64,000 nucleotides of DNA, from assembly GCA_950097015.1 (NCBI GenBank), contig CATNEN010000038.1:12834001-12898000 (forward strand), in the 5' to 3' direction. Each line of letters starts with the position of its first letter. Within the stretch, counting starts at the first letter, position 1. The notes under the pieces are model-generated. The model was not told the DNA's origin. It saw only the letters and a program-made list of their open reading frames with translations, and did not search any database. Positions 1 through 13,200 of this stretch are shown here, piece by piece. Origin of the DNA: Macrostomum hystrix. Lineage: Eukaryota > Animalia > Platyhelminthes. Both the position numbers and the translations under genes were made by a program.

Positions 1-138
1 CTATGGGCTAATATGAGCCCATATGGTACGTATGTGCTTAAATTCGCTGTTACTATTGCTTATACTGCACAGCTGACCATTATATCGCTTTCCCGAATCC
101 CACATGAAATTTCCCCATTTCCCATCCAGTCAAGGCAC

Positions 139-405
139 CTTCATGCGAGTCTGCATAGCCCGGATGGAGATGTCCTCCTCCAAGGCCTTGGCCTTCTTGC
201 CGCTCTCCAAGATGATGTTGCGCCATTCGTCTGTTGGCACGTTGAAGCCGCTCTTCAACGAGAACGATGGCAGCGACGGCGGCTCCAGGATGTGCGCGAT
301 GACTAGCGAGTCACCTTCGCGACGCACATTCTCCATGTACCAGCGGTAGGCCTCCTCAGCGTGGTCGGATCCGTCCAGGGGAATGAGAATTTTTCGGCCA
401 GACAT
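139..405 (-). CDS. Universal stress protein (UspA-like), first coding exon; gene continues past the left edge
   Basis: MSGRKILIPLDGSDHAEEAYRWY...LVIAHILEPP matches the USP N-terminal pattern. ATG at 405-403. The exon ends ATGAAG|GTGCCT (donor 138-137, phase 0). Upstream acceptor TTCCCAG| at 432. Confidence 0.85.
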
Positions 406-517
406 GTCGGCTTCTGGGATCAGGTAAGTGCCTGGGAAGATTATATGCGGGAATGAGATTGTGTTCTCAAAAGTCTTGACACCGTTTCTTATATGTTTCC
501 TTGCAGAATGATATGAT

Positions 518-1060
518 AGCTGACACTCTGAAGGATGATGGAATATATACTGAAGGACTGAAGGATGATGGCTGACACACTGAAGGATTGGATGATGATG
601 GCTGACATACTGAAGGACTGAAGGATGATGGAATATATACTGAAGGACTGAAGGATGATGGCTGACACACTGAAGGACTGGATGATGATGGCTGACATAC
701 TGAAGGACTGAAGGATGATGGCTGACATACTGAAGGACTGGATGATAATGGCTGACATACTGAAGGACTGGATGATGATGTAGCTGACACACTGAAGGAC
801 TGGATGATGATGGCTGACAGACTGACGGACTGGATGATGATGGCTGACACACTGAAGGACTCGATGATGATGGCTGACACACTGAAGGACTGGAGGATGA
901 TGGCTGACACACTGAAGGACTGGAGGATGATGGCTGACACACTGAAGGACTGGAGGATGATGGCTGACACACTGAAGGACTGGATGATGATGGCTGACAC
1001 ACTGAAGGACTGGATGATGATGGCTGACACACTGAAGGACTGGATGATGATGGGTGATAC
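518..1060. repeat. 30-bp minisatellite (GCTGACACACTGAAGGACTGGATGATGATG)n upstream of the USP coding exon, probably in a 5' intron
   Basis: About 18 tandem copies are visible. They explain the repetitive ORFs 130..1140, 467..1144 and 804..1148. Confidence 0.95.
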
Positions 1061-3540
1061 TGGAGGACCAGTGAATAATGGTATTGTTGGCGGAGCGGCA
1101 GACAGTAAAAGTTCCTCAAACTTGAAAGTACAAGCCGCATGCAACTAGGCCTACTCCTAAAATGTAGACTTAGATTAATTCAGAAACTATTCAGTCTTTA
1201 AGTTTAATCCTTCCTCTATCTAAGCCCTAGGCCTAATTGCTAGGCTTAGGCTGAATTGACTTTCTAAAGCTTCTTATTAGGAGTAGAAAAATGCTACTCA
1301 ATCTGGGCCGGTGAGGCCCCAGCGATATACCTGATACTAACTCAAGACTCAAACAACAGTTTGAGCTCATTAACTGTGAGTCACAAAGTTGCCGAAATTT
1401 CCATCAAATGAAATACGACTCTGCGAGCTGAGTTTGTAAGAAGATAAGCCCTCTTATCTCTATGGCCCAGGAAGCCATATTTAATCCAAAGATCAGATTA
1501 GAGTGAGATAAAGCGAGCGTGTTACATTGGACTTAGCTAGGTATAACTGTAACTGCTTTTCAGCAACCGTGGTCCCGGACTCACGGCTAAATAACTTGCT
1601 AAATAAAGTTTAGAAGTGCCGGCATTACACATGTACAATTAATGTAGGAAAATTAATCCTCTTACCTTTTTTACTGTTTTACTTCAGGAAAATAGAGCGA
1701 GCTGATACTGCCGCTTGGTTTGCAATCTAAAAATTGACGCTGAAGAAAGTATTAGTGGCTGGCTGTTCTCGTCTATCCAAGATTAAAGAAACAGGAAAGC
1801 AGTTGAGCACTAGCTGCTAATATAAAGCCGTGAGCAATGGGGAGAAGAGAAGTTGAGAATTCCGGCCTGATCAATCAATAGCTAGAATGCACGAAGGCTC
1901 AAGCCAGCCATATTACTTTGTTCTTTGTACGCGCGTGGATGTAGATGGTGGTAAAACGGGGGGCTGGGCACTCGCAATGCTATTGGTCCGGGGGTAAGGG
2001 AGGGAAGGAAAAGCGGGGGAGGGGCCACTATAGGCAGGGCGCATTTCTTCAGTCAATAAAAGGCCTGCCCGAGCTAGCTGAGGGAGGACAAGCCCTGCCT
2101 TTCCCTCCGTCCTGGTCACCCAATTAATTCTGAAATGCAGACTGCGTTGTACATCAGTGTACAGTCCCGCGACCCGCGCTTCCTCCCCCATAACCCCCTT
2201 TCCTCTTCCAAGTCCAACCCCAGTCCTAGACCTAACCGTGTGGAGGAGAAAAGCTTCAAGTAACATACAGTCTCAGATGCAATTGGAAATGATGCCGAAA
2301 ATTCCTTTCCACGCATGGGTCGGGCCACAAACGCCTCTTTTTCTCGGCCTGGCTGCTTTCTGCACTGCCTACCATTTTTTTACCTAAGCGTACGCATTAT
2401 TGCTATTTGTCCAACCTCGAGAAGAATGGCTTAGGGAAAACAAACCTTGCCTGCTCGTACTGCATATGCATGTGCAGACAATGTGCATGCCATGTCAAGC
2501 CTTTCACTGAGAGGCTATCCTGAATCTTCCTGTTCACTCTTAAGTCCTTAAGCACCACTTGGCCCAGCAGGAAGATCTTATCTACCGTCATCATGCAAGC
2601 AGTACGGAATTACTCACTAATGGGCCTAATTATGGTTTGCCTACTTTTTTACGAGCCGTAGTTTTGCTTATTTTGCTAGGGGCTTGTAGATTTTATAATA
2701 AGTGTACTAAGCTTCCCTGCCATGACTCAAATGTGCTTCTAAATTTATAATTCACATACACCGAACGTACGCTAGCTTAGCCTCACTGCGCAAGAGACGA
2801 GAGTGAAGCTAGTAAAAAATTGCCCTAACGAGGAGCACGATGCTTGAAACAGCTCAAGAGTGGAGGCTTAGCAACCACTGGGCCGTGCCTCCGTATCCGT
2901 TTCTTTAGTTTCGTTTCAACATGCTCATTGCTCGGTAAAGAGTCCTTTAACTAGCTTTTCCTAGCACGTGTTTTTAATTTAACGAAGTCTTTTAGGCAAG
3001 TTTCGAGAATAAGATAATTACTTGTGTCGAGAGGCCTTGTATTGTAGCCAGTGGGACCTACAGACCTACAGACTTTGTACTTTGATATAATTGAGGTACG
3101 AGGGTAATGCACTCGTGAAAATGGCAAATATCGTTTAACTTTGGAATTCTGAATCAAAGAGCTCTAATTTAGGAGAAGGACCAAGCGTGATCATAAAGTA
3201 CTTCTAGTGCACGACTATCCCGACAGTAATCTATAAGATTATCCTTCAATTAAGAGATTAGCAGAGACATTATTTATAGGATTCTCCCATTACACTCCAT
3301 TTAAGGATTATAGACCAAGGCAACCATACAAATTCGAACTATTTTCCACGACTGTCGCATTAAAAGTAATCTGCAATATTATATGATTTTCTTTGACTTC
3401 ATTCCAATATTATCCAGACTCGAAAATTAAGTTTAGCAAAGAGTACTAGCATGTTTTGCCCCCCTTCGGGGAGCAGAAATATTTTTAATTCGTCTTGTAT
3501 ATACTTTTTAGCAGCTGAATTTACAGCTTTTTAAAGCTAA

Positions 3541-4750
3541 AATGAACCCCCAGTTGACAATGATCCCCCAGTTGATGATGATCCCCCAGTTGATGATGAT
3601 CCCCCAGTTGATGATGATCCCCCAGTTACAATGATCCCCCAGTTGATGATGATCCCCCAGTTGATGATGATCCCCCAGTTGATGATGATCCCCCAGTTGA
3701 CAATGATCCCCCAGTTTGCAATGATCCCCCAGTTGACAATGATCCCCCAGTTGACAATGATCCCCCAGTTGACAATGATCCCCCAGTTGACAATGATCAC
3801 CCAGTTGACAATGATCACCCAGTTGACAATGATCCCCCAGTTGACAATGATCCCCCAGTTGACAATGATCCCCCAGTTGACATGATTACCCAGTTGACAC
3901 CTTGTTGACAATGATCCCCCAGTTGACAATGATACCCCAGTTGACGATGATCCCCCAGTTGACAATGATCCCCTAGTTGACAATGATCCCCCAGTTGACA
4001 ATGATCCCCCAGTTGACAATGATCCCCCAGTTGACAATGATCCCCCAGTTGACAATGATAACCCAGTTGACAATGATCCCCCAGTTGACAATGATCCCCC
4101 AGTTGACAATGATCCCCCAGTTGACAATGATCCCCCAGTTGACAATGATCCCCCAGTTGACAATGATCTCCCAGTTGACAATGATCCCCCAGTTTGCAAT
4201 GATCCCCCAGTTGACAATGATCCCCCAGTTGACAATGATCCCCCAGTTGACAATGATCCCCCAGTTGACAATGATCCCCCAGTTGACAATTTTCCCCCAG
4301 TTGACAATGAAGCCCCAGTTGACAAAGATCAACCAGTTGACAATGATCACCCAGTTGACAATGATCAACCAGTTGACAATGATCCCTCAGTTGACAATTT
4401 TCCCCCAGTTGACAATGATCCCCCAGTTTACAATTTTCCCCCAGTTGACAATGATCCCCCAGTTGACAATGATACCCCAGTTGACAACGATCCCCCAGTT
4501 GGGCATGATCCCCTAGTTGACAATGATCCCACAGTTGACAATGATCCCCCAGTTTGCAATGATCCCCCAGTTGACAATGATCCCCCAGTTGACAATGATC
4601 CCCCAGTTGACAATGATAACCCAGTTGACAATGATCCCCCAGTTGACAATGATCCCCCAGTTCACAACGATCCCCCAGTTGGCCATGATCCCCTAGTTGA
4701 CAATGATCCCCCATTTGATGAGGACTCCTTATTGATGATGTTGCCCAGTT
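3541..4750. repeat. 18-bp minisatellite (ATGATCCCCCAGTTGACA)n
   Basis: About 65 tandem copies. Confidence 0.97.
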
Positions 4751-4901
4751 AATTTTTATATTATAGCTTCTTTTGTAGAAAATTGAGAAGAACAACAATT
4801 AAATGATTATTAGGCAAAATATTTATCATACAAATATATATCATTTTGACGTTATGAGATAACAAACTCAAAATTCAATTCAATGACAAAAGAAAAATTT
4901 T

Positions 4902-6603
4902 GCCATGATTCAAACTCTAGTTGGCTACGATTCAAACTCTAGTTGGCTACGATTCAAACTCTAGTTGGCTACGATTCAAACTCTGGTTTAGCCATGATGC
5001 AAACGCTGGTTTTGCCATGATTCAGACTCTGGTTTAGCCATGATTCAAACTCTGGTTTAGCCATGATTCAAACGCTGGTTTAGCCATGATTCAGACTCTG
5101 GTTTAGCCATGATTCATACCATGGTTTAGCCATGATTCAGACTCTGGTTTAGCCATGATTCAGACTCTGGTTTAGCCATGATTCAGACTCTGGTTTAGCC
5201 ATGATGCAAACTCTGGTTTAGCCATGATTCAGACCCTGGTTTAGCCATGATTCAAACTCTGGTTTAGCCATGATTCAGACGCTGGTTTAGCTATGATTTA
5301 AACTCTGTTTTAGCCATGATTCAGACTCTGGTTTAGCCATGATTCAGACTCTGGTTTAGCCATGATTCAGACTCTGGTTTAGCCATGATTCAGACTCTGG
5401 TTTAGCCATGATTCAGACTCTGGTTTAGCCATGATTCAAACTCTGGTTTAGCCATGATTCAGACGCTGGTTTAGCTATGATTTAAACTCTGTTTTAGCCA
5501 TGATTCAGACTCTGGTTTAGCCATGATTCAGACTCTGGTTTAGCCATGATTCAGACGCTGGTTTAGCCATGATTCAAACTCTGGTTTAGCCATGATTCGG
5601 ACTCCGGTTTAGCCATGATTCAGACTCTGGTTTAGCCATGATTCAGACTCTGGTTTAGCCATGATTCAAACTCTGGTTTAGCCATGATTCAGACGCTGGT
5701 TTAGCTATGATTTAAACTCTGTTTTAGCCATGATTCAGACTCTGGTTTAGCCATGATTCAGACTCTGGTTTAGCCATGATTCAGACGCTGGTTTAGCCAT
5801 GATTCAAACTCTGGTTTAGCCATGATTCGGACTCCGGTTTAGCCATGATTCAAACTCTGGTTTAGCCATGATTCAGACTCTGGTTTAGCCATGATTCAGA
5901 CTCTGGTTTAGCCATGATTCAAACTCTGGTTTAGCCATGATTCAGACGCTGGTTTAGCTATGATTTAAACTCTGTTTTAGCCATGATTCAGACTCTGGTT
6001 TAGCCATGATTCAGACTCTGGTTTAGCCATGATTCAGACGCTGGTTTAGCCATGATTCAAACTCTGGTTTAGCCATGATTCGGACTCCGGTTTAGCCATG
6101 ATTCAAACTCTGGTTTAGCCATGATTCAGACTCTGGTTTAGCCATGATTCAGACTCTGGTTTAGCCATGATTTAAACTCTGTTTTAGCCATGATTCAGAC
6201 CCTGGTTTAGCCATGATTCAAACTCTGGTTTAGCCATGATTCGGACTCTGGTTTTGCCATGATTCAGACTCTGGTTTAGCCATTATTCAGACGCTGGTTT
6301 AGCCATGATTCAGACTCTGGTTTAGCCATGATTCAGACTCTGGTTTAGCCATGATTTAAACTCTGGTTTAGCCATGATTCAGACTCTGGTTTCGCCATGA
6401 TTCAGACTCTGGTTTAGCCATGATTCAGACTCTGGTTTAGCCATGATTCAGACTCTGGTTTAGCCATGATTTAAACTCTGGTTTAGCCATGATTCAGACT
6501 CTGGTTTAGCCATGATTCAGACTCTGGTTTAGCCATGATTTAAACTCTGGTTTAGCCATGATTCAGACTCTGGTTTAGCCATGATTCAAACTCTGGTTTA
6601 GCC
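4902..6603. repeat. 23-bp minisatellite (GCCATGATTCAGACTCTGGTTTA)n with higher-order structure
   Basis: About 74 copies. The variant CGGACTCCGG recurs at ~5598, 5828 and 6081 (10-11 unit spacing). Confidence 0.97.
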
Positions 6604-6699
6604 GATGTGCTATGATTTATGATATTTTATTTACGAAATGAAAAAAATAATATAAAATAGTCTTCAATCACTACTGGCTGAAAATTAGTCTAAATGATT

Positions 6700-6770
6700 T
6701 GACGCAGTGCAGAATCGAACCCTAGCCTAGCCTAACTTATTCCTAGTGCCTACACATCGGCTATTCCGAC
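6700..6770 (-). pseudogene. tRNA-like/SINE-head remnant
   Basis: Minus strand GTCGGAATAGCCGATGTGTAGG...GGGTTCGATTCTGCACTGCGTCA has A-box-like and B-box (GGTTCGATTC) motifs at tRNA spacing. There is no convincing acceptor stem or anticodon arm. Confidence 0.3.
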
Positions 6771-7834
6771 TGTTGGTTTGTGGGTGCAAAAAACAGCCTT
6801 ATAAAATGAATTCTCAAAGTTCTGGCTTTGTACAATGAAGTAAGAAAATAGAGTACACTCAGTCTCGCGGTTGGTTGTGTACATTTATTTCAAATTTGTC
6901 TCCAGAGTGCAGGCTTCAAATTCAATCAGCTAGGGGTTGTTGCGCAATTTTACTATGCAATTCTAATTCAGTGGCAGTGAGTAAAATTCTCAATAGGCCA
7001 AGATGGTTTGACCTTTGAAAAATAATGTTTTTCGAATATTTAATCCCTTTAGCAATAAAGTTAAGCTTAATAAAAATACGTGTAAAATTGTCTCCATATT
7101 TAGCATCTTTTGGTGAAGAAATGGTGAAAATCGGTTGAGCCGCTCGGGAGAAAATCAATTACAAGCAAGCAACCAACCAAGCATTTCATTTTTAGTATAG
7201 TGGGGGGAGGAAAATATTTCATTCAGGCATTATCATATTCCAATCCATCATCAAATTATCTATAATCCACAGATCAATCCCATAATAAGTATAATAAATT
7301 ATACTTATTATAATAAACGCGTCAGACCGCTCTGCCACTCACCTCTGCCATTCAATCCCATGATTATCCAGGTATTCCAGACGTATATACAGTCCTCGCC
7401 GAAAGGGATATTTTTTGGCTGCCCACAGCATTTGGCTCTCGAAATGATTATTATTAATTGTGTATATACAAGTAGTGTGTAAGCAGCCATATTGCATCTG
7501 CAAGGAAGGATTTGCGCACATCTCACTTTCCCGCCCTGGTTCGGAAACTAAGCCGCCCAAGTTTTTATCTTCGCAGCATAAGCCACAGGGTCGCCAGTGA
7601 AAGCGGAAGGAAAGTGCTCAGGTTTTCTTTACTGGCCTGGCTGGCCCGCAAAAAAGGAAATTGACCTAGGATTCTAGGAAACAATGCTACACATATTCGT
7701 GTAATTTACTTCACACATGATGCCTCTGCATGTATGCATGCAGGCATACAAATATAGCAAAAACATATTATACAAGGCAATGGCTATAATATTACGCGCA
7801 TTTAAGAAGCTGAAGAGATTCACCAAACCAAACT

Positions 7835-8715
7835 GAGGATCCGGGAGAGTGACGGAACAATACCTCAGGACCCAAAGTGACGGAACAATACCTCAGGATC
7901 CACAGTGGGGTCCTAAAACCTCAGGATCCACAGTGGCATCCTAAAACCTCAGGATCCACAGTGGGATCCTAAAACCTCAGGATCCACAGTGGCATCCTAA
8001 AACCTCAGGATCCACAGTACGGAACAATACCTCAGGATCCACAGTGGCGTCCTAAAACCTCAGGATCCACAGTGGCGTCCTAAAACCTCAGGATCCACAG
8101 TGGCATCCTAAAACCTCAGGATCCACAGTGGCATCCTAAAACCTCAGGATCCACAGTGGCATCCTAAAACCTCAGGATCCACAGTGGCATCCTAAAACCT
8201 CAGGATCCACAGTGGCATCCTAAAACCTCAGGATCCACAGTGGCATCCTAAAACCTCAGGATCCACAGTGGCGTCCTAAAACCTCAGGATCCACAGTGGC
8301 ATCCTAAAACCTCAGGATCCACAGTGGTGTCCTAAAACCTCAGGATCCACAGTGGCATCCTAAAACATCAGGATCCACAGTACGGAACAATACCTCAGGA
8401 TCAACAGGGGCGGAACAATACCTCAGGATCTACAATGGCGGAACAATGCCTCAGGATCCACAGTGGCGTCCTAAAACCTCAGGATCCACAGTGGCGTCCT
8501 AAAACCTCAGGATCCACAGTGGCGTCCTAAAACCTCAGGATCCACAGTGGCGTCCTAAAACCTCAGGATCCACAGTGGCGTCCTAAAACCTCAGGATTCA
8601 CAGTGGCGTCCTAAAACCTCAGGATCCACAGTGGCGGAACAGAACCTGATAATCCATAGTGGCGGAACAATACATCAGGGTCCACAGTGGCAGCCTAAAA
8701 ACCTCAGGACCTAGG
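7835..8715. repeat. 28-bp minisatellite (CCTCAGGATCCACAGTGGCATCCTAAAA)n
   Basis: About 30 copies with two interleaved variants (..TCCTAAAA and ..GGAACAATA). Confidence 0.96.
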
Positions 8716-9708
8716 AACAAATTAGAGGCATAATTAAGCAAATAAAAAGAAAAGTATTAAAGACTACTGAATAGAAGCTGGGTCATACATAAATGATATG
8801 CTGTAAACTACGAGTGAAATCAAATGTGTGCAGTCAACGTTCTTTTTTATTAAATGCTTTGCTAAAAGACAAGCTAACAGATCGATGCTTAAAGTATTCG
8901 CTAAAGCAAACGCAAGATAGTGTAAGAAATTTGATTTAGTAACAGTAAAAAGATCGGAATCGTCGATCTCGAGGATATCGACAGCTTTGAAGATCGATGG
9001 GAAATTTGTGTGGATTTGGCATTACAATTGAGATTTGGAAAATCTGGGGTGATTTTGGAAACCAGTTTATCACTGGAAAATAGTTTTGGCTAAGGGAAAG
9101 TCAACTGGGATGCGGAAATTCAGCGCTGTAGATTATAGCACAAAAGCAACAGATATAGAGCACTCATAGTTCTCAGAGATGATGATGAAGCACAATTGCA
9201 GAGGTGAATGAACCCTCACACGCCGTAAAAGAGGTCAGAATAATAGTCAGAGACAGGGTGAAAATGCAAAAAAGCAACGAATAAATGAATTTTTAATAGT
9301 ATTTTTAATTTGACACCTAGAAACTTTGGTAGGCTTGTTTGGAAAAAACGCTTTATTAAAAAGGCAATTCGTTTTTCTTACTAACCTAGCAAAATCAACA
9401 AAATAATCGGAACACACTTATACGCTCGTAACATAAAATTGCATTCCGATTTAACCACAAAACAAAACCAAACACGAAAATTCACTGCAAGTATCAATGG
9501 CTCAAACAAACAATGTTTTGGGCATAAAGCTGTAGAGTCAGTTCTGCTTGCTCCAGCATCGGTAATGCTTGGACTCAAACGCTCAGTGCCGCATCGCTGG
9601 GCTGCACCTGAACAATGTTTTAATAGCGACATGGGGACAGAATATTTACTGATAGCTGTGAAAGGCAACTTACAATATAATGGCGTGCGTGCATTCTTCC
9701 CTTTCATT

Positions 9709-10165
9709 CACTCACATTCTTCCCATCATCCAGCCAGGTGAGCACTTACATTCTTCCCATCATCCAGCCAGGTGAGTACTCACATTCTTCCCATCATCCA
9801 GCCAGGTGAGTACTCACATTCTTCCCATCATCCAGCCAGGTGAGCACTTACATTCTTCCCATCATCCAGCCAGGTGAGCACTCACATTCTTCCCATCATC
9901 CAGCCAGGTGAGTACTCACATTCTTCCCATCATCCAGCCAGGTAAGCACTCACATTCTTCCCATCATCCAGCCAGGTGAGCACTTACATTCTTCCCATCA
10001 TTCAGCCAGGTGAGCACTTACATTCTTCCCATCATCCAGCCAGGTGAGCACTCACATTCTTCCCATCATCCAGCCAGGTGAGCACTCACATTCTTCCCAT
10101 CATCCAGCCAGGTGAGCACTCACATTCTTCCGATCATTCAGCCAGGTGAGCACTCCCATTCTCTC
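9709..10165. repeat. 34-bp minisatellite (CACTCACATTCTTCCCATCATCCAGCCAGGTGAG)n
   Basis: About 13 copies just downstream of the last long exon of the NOV-like gene. Confidence 0.95.
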
Positions 10166-10208
10166 AGTCAGGTATGCACAAAAATTTTCCCAGTCGTGTG
10201 TGCTTAAA

Positions 10209-13200
10209 TTATCCAGTCAGTTGAGCACTCGAATTCTCCCTTAGCTGCATGTTATCACTTACAGCGGCCAGGTAAAAGCACTTGCGCCTCAGACGGTCGT
10301 CCATGACGGTCGGAGGCGAGGTCTCTGGCCAGGCGGCTGTCAGAAGGTGCCGGCGATATTCAGCGAGTTCAGTTGTTTGTAGGGCCGGATCTTGGGCAAC
10401 AACGTACGATAGAAGGCGGGCCAGCAAGCGGGCTGCTAGACGGCGGCATACACTGTCGACAGTCGTCCGGTCCTTCAGGCTGCGCAGAGCGGAGCTGACG
10501 TAGGCGTCAACAATACAAACGGCGCGGTCTGGCTGAGCTGACACCGGTGCCAGAGTTTCGTAGACAGGCGCAACAACAGAAACATTAGGACGGGAGCGCA
10601 GACGATAAATCAGCTGTAGGCTGGGCAGCTCTGCTACACCGAGAACGCGGCCATTTGGCAGTCCGGCAGCTGAATTTAGCAATGCCCGGTGCACAATCGG
10701 GTGCGCTTCCGACAACCAGGCTAGGGCCGCAGACAGGGCCGAATTCAGCTGCTCAACCAGCCACTGCGGGGGAGCCAACGCTGTCGCTGATGGGTCAACC
10801 AGCCCGACTTCCAAAGCGAGGCCGGGCGATGGCAACTTAAAGAAGTTACACAAGCAGCGGACAGCATTGGAACCGCGATCGCTGGCGTCGATCAGACGCA
10901 ATTGGCCTGGGTGTGCCGCAGCCAGGGCCAGTGCTGCCTCCGCGGCCGCTCCGACATCCAGGTCAACGCCGGACGACATCGGTTCAGATGAAAGCAGGAT
11001 CGGCGCATCCTTCAGAGCACAGAAGCCGCCACCGGCGCGGGGCAGGCAGGCGCAGGTGTGTAGCAAACGCAGCGCCTGTAGTCTCTGGACGAGAGAAGCA
11101 GCTTCGGCGGCGTCAGCCATTGCAGAAATGACGCGCCAAGCGAGGTCAACGCTGCGCAGTTCGCCGGCCAACATCAGGATGGAGGCCAGCTGGTCGAGGG
11201 GCAGTGGACCGGTGGGGACGCCGCATACTTCAACAAAGAACCGGCGCATATCGGGCGGGTAGCAAATGCTAAGGTGGACAAGCTGTAGGCGGGGCCGCAC
11301 TGAACCCCAGCTGGGGGCGGTCTTCAGCTCCGGCGACACAAGGTCAGACCAGAGAAGCTCGCCGGGTCGGCGGCACTCTAGACGGCCCTCGGCATGGTTT
11401 GGCACAACGATGGGCGTCGACGAGGCATCGGCGATAGGACAATCCTCTGGGCAGTCGGCGGCAAGAACACGATAAATGCGAACGGAGGCGGCCTTGCTGA
11501 ACCGAGCCACTGGCAGCCCGACGCTGCTGACAAGTAGGTGGCGCAACGCCGCAGAATCGCGGGCATCCATCACGATGCCGATGTCGCGAAAGAAATCGTC
11601 GCAGGCGATATTGCCGTATCCATCAGTACTGACGTCTGGTTTGTTTAGCAAAAGCGCTGGCGTACCAGCCAGCAACTGACGAGCTCTGTTGCTATCAGCG
11701 AACAGCTCGGCAGGCCTGTAGGCTTCGCTGGCGCTAGCAGCGGATGCCCGACTATCGGCACTGCTGCAACAGGCCCTGGGAATCCAGGTGGCCTCACGCA
11801 GTTGGCTCAGCAGCGTCCGAAGTTCCGCTAGCGGCAGGCTGGACTTGACGGCCGGCCAGTCGGCCGCCAGGAAGCGCAGCAGCGCCGTCCGAGCGGCGAC
11901 CGAGGCGCCCTTGGCTATTAGAGCGCTCAGTTCATTAAACGACGCTGACTCAGCGACGCCGAAACTATCGACAAAAAAGCGGCGCCAATCGGACGCATTC
12001 AACCCAGCCTGAAGGTAAGCAGTGGGGTGCACAGCCAGCCAGTTGTTGAACTCAGGCGCAGCCGATTCTGCTAGTAGGAAGACACGCGTAGCGGCGTTGT
12101 AGGTAGCGGGAAAATACAACCGGTGGTGGCTGCCAACGCCGGGCTGCATGACGCGAAGGTCGGCAGTCAGTAGGGGCGCGTGGCGCAAGTATGTACGCAG
12201 GTCGGAGGTTACCGAAGCCTCCACGAGCCAGCGGGTCAGCAGTGCCAGCTGACGAGCGTCTGCATCTGTAGAGCAACGACTGCCAACATGAGCCTGGAGT
12301 AGTGGCAGGACAGCACGGCTGGTGAGGTAGCCTGGCAGGGCAGCAGAGTTGAGCACGCCCAGATTGGTCACCAAGCAGTGCCGAAGCCGCACCCTGCACA
12401 ATTTGTATATTAAGTCTTTGACACCAGTTTTACAAGTAACTACAAACAATAAGATTTCAGAATCCTTTTAGGACCTACAAAATTAATGGCAAAGCTAACG
12501 AAGGGCCACATTATGTAGTGTATTTTCGGTTGAATTATTTGGTTAAAATTATATGTAGAAAAATAAGTCAGTTAGTTAGGTGAAAAAAGCAACGGGGAAG
12601 TTAGTATAGTGCATAAGTAATATTAATATACGAGTAATATTATCGTATATTACCTTACTTTAGAGTGACAAAAAATAACCAAACCGAACGAATCAGTGCT
12701 AGCCAATATTGACAGAAAAAGCAGTCTTTACCTGGCCAGGCCAGACTGAGCGGCTAAGAACTCGGGGCAAAGCACAAAAATGCTGGCCATGCTTTGAGGC
12801 TCCAATGCCGCAGCAGCTAGCTTGAGGCAGGGCAGCTCGCTACAGTCGGGCAGTAAAATTGCCGCAGCTCCGCCGCTATCTGGCTTCATCATTCTCAGCC
12901 CATTGCTGCTGTCACCATAGCAACGGCACGGCAAGCAGGGAAGTCGGCAGAGCAGCTCCACTGGATCATCCTGGACGATTCCGTCAACGTCCACAGGATC
13001 GGCCGCACGTCTGGTATCGCAGCAGAGCTCATTAATGAGGTGGCCCAACAGGCCGAAGTCAGCGGATCCCAGCTCCGGCGCCCGATCCCGTAGATCAGCC
13101 AGCAGAGGCTCGATGACCGCCTCTGGCTGGTAGCGGCGCATTCCGAGACAGGTCGCGAGTTCGCGCCCCCGATGGCCAGAGAAGCCGCCGCAGTCGCCAC

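Larger units (their letters stand above)
3444..7200 (+). mobile_element. Candidate non-autonomous Helitron/Helentron-type element enclosing two satellite arrays
   Basis: Left end TACTAGC followed by hairpin CCCCTTCGGGG. Right end AAAATCGGTTGAGCCG, a (CAAG/CAAC)n microsatellite and TTTCATTTTTAGTATAG. This resembles invertebrate Lep1/DINE-type termini. That the two ends belong to one element is inferred. Confidence 0.4.

Noticed and set aside
406-1148. Long ORFs over the 30-bp array, including the N-terminal extension of ORF 130..1140
   Set aside because: They result from a stop-free tandem unit. USP homology begins at Met 405, after a splice acceptor.
3537-4798. Hexapeptide-like ORFs (LGDHCQ)n / (STGGSL)n suggesting a beta-helix or antifreeze protein
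   Set aside because: The 18-bp unit is open in several frames on both strands, with no unique flanking coding sequence.
6700-6770. Functional tRNA gene
   Set aside because: It cannot be folded into a full cloverleaf. Kept only as a low-confidence remnant.
8900-9290. Possible decayed coding fragment (KIGIVDLEDIDSFEDRW...)
   Set aside because: Too short, interrupted by stops, and I can assign no family.
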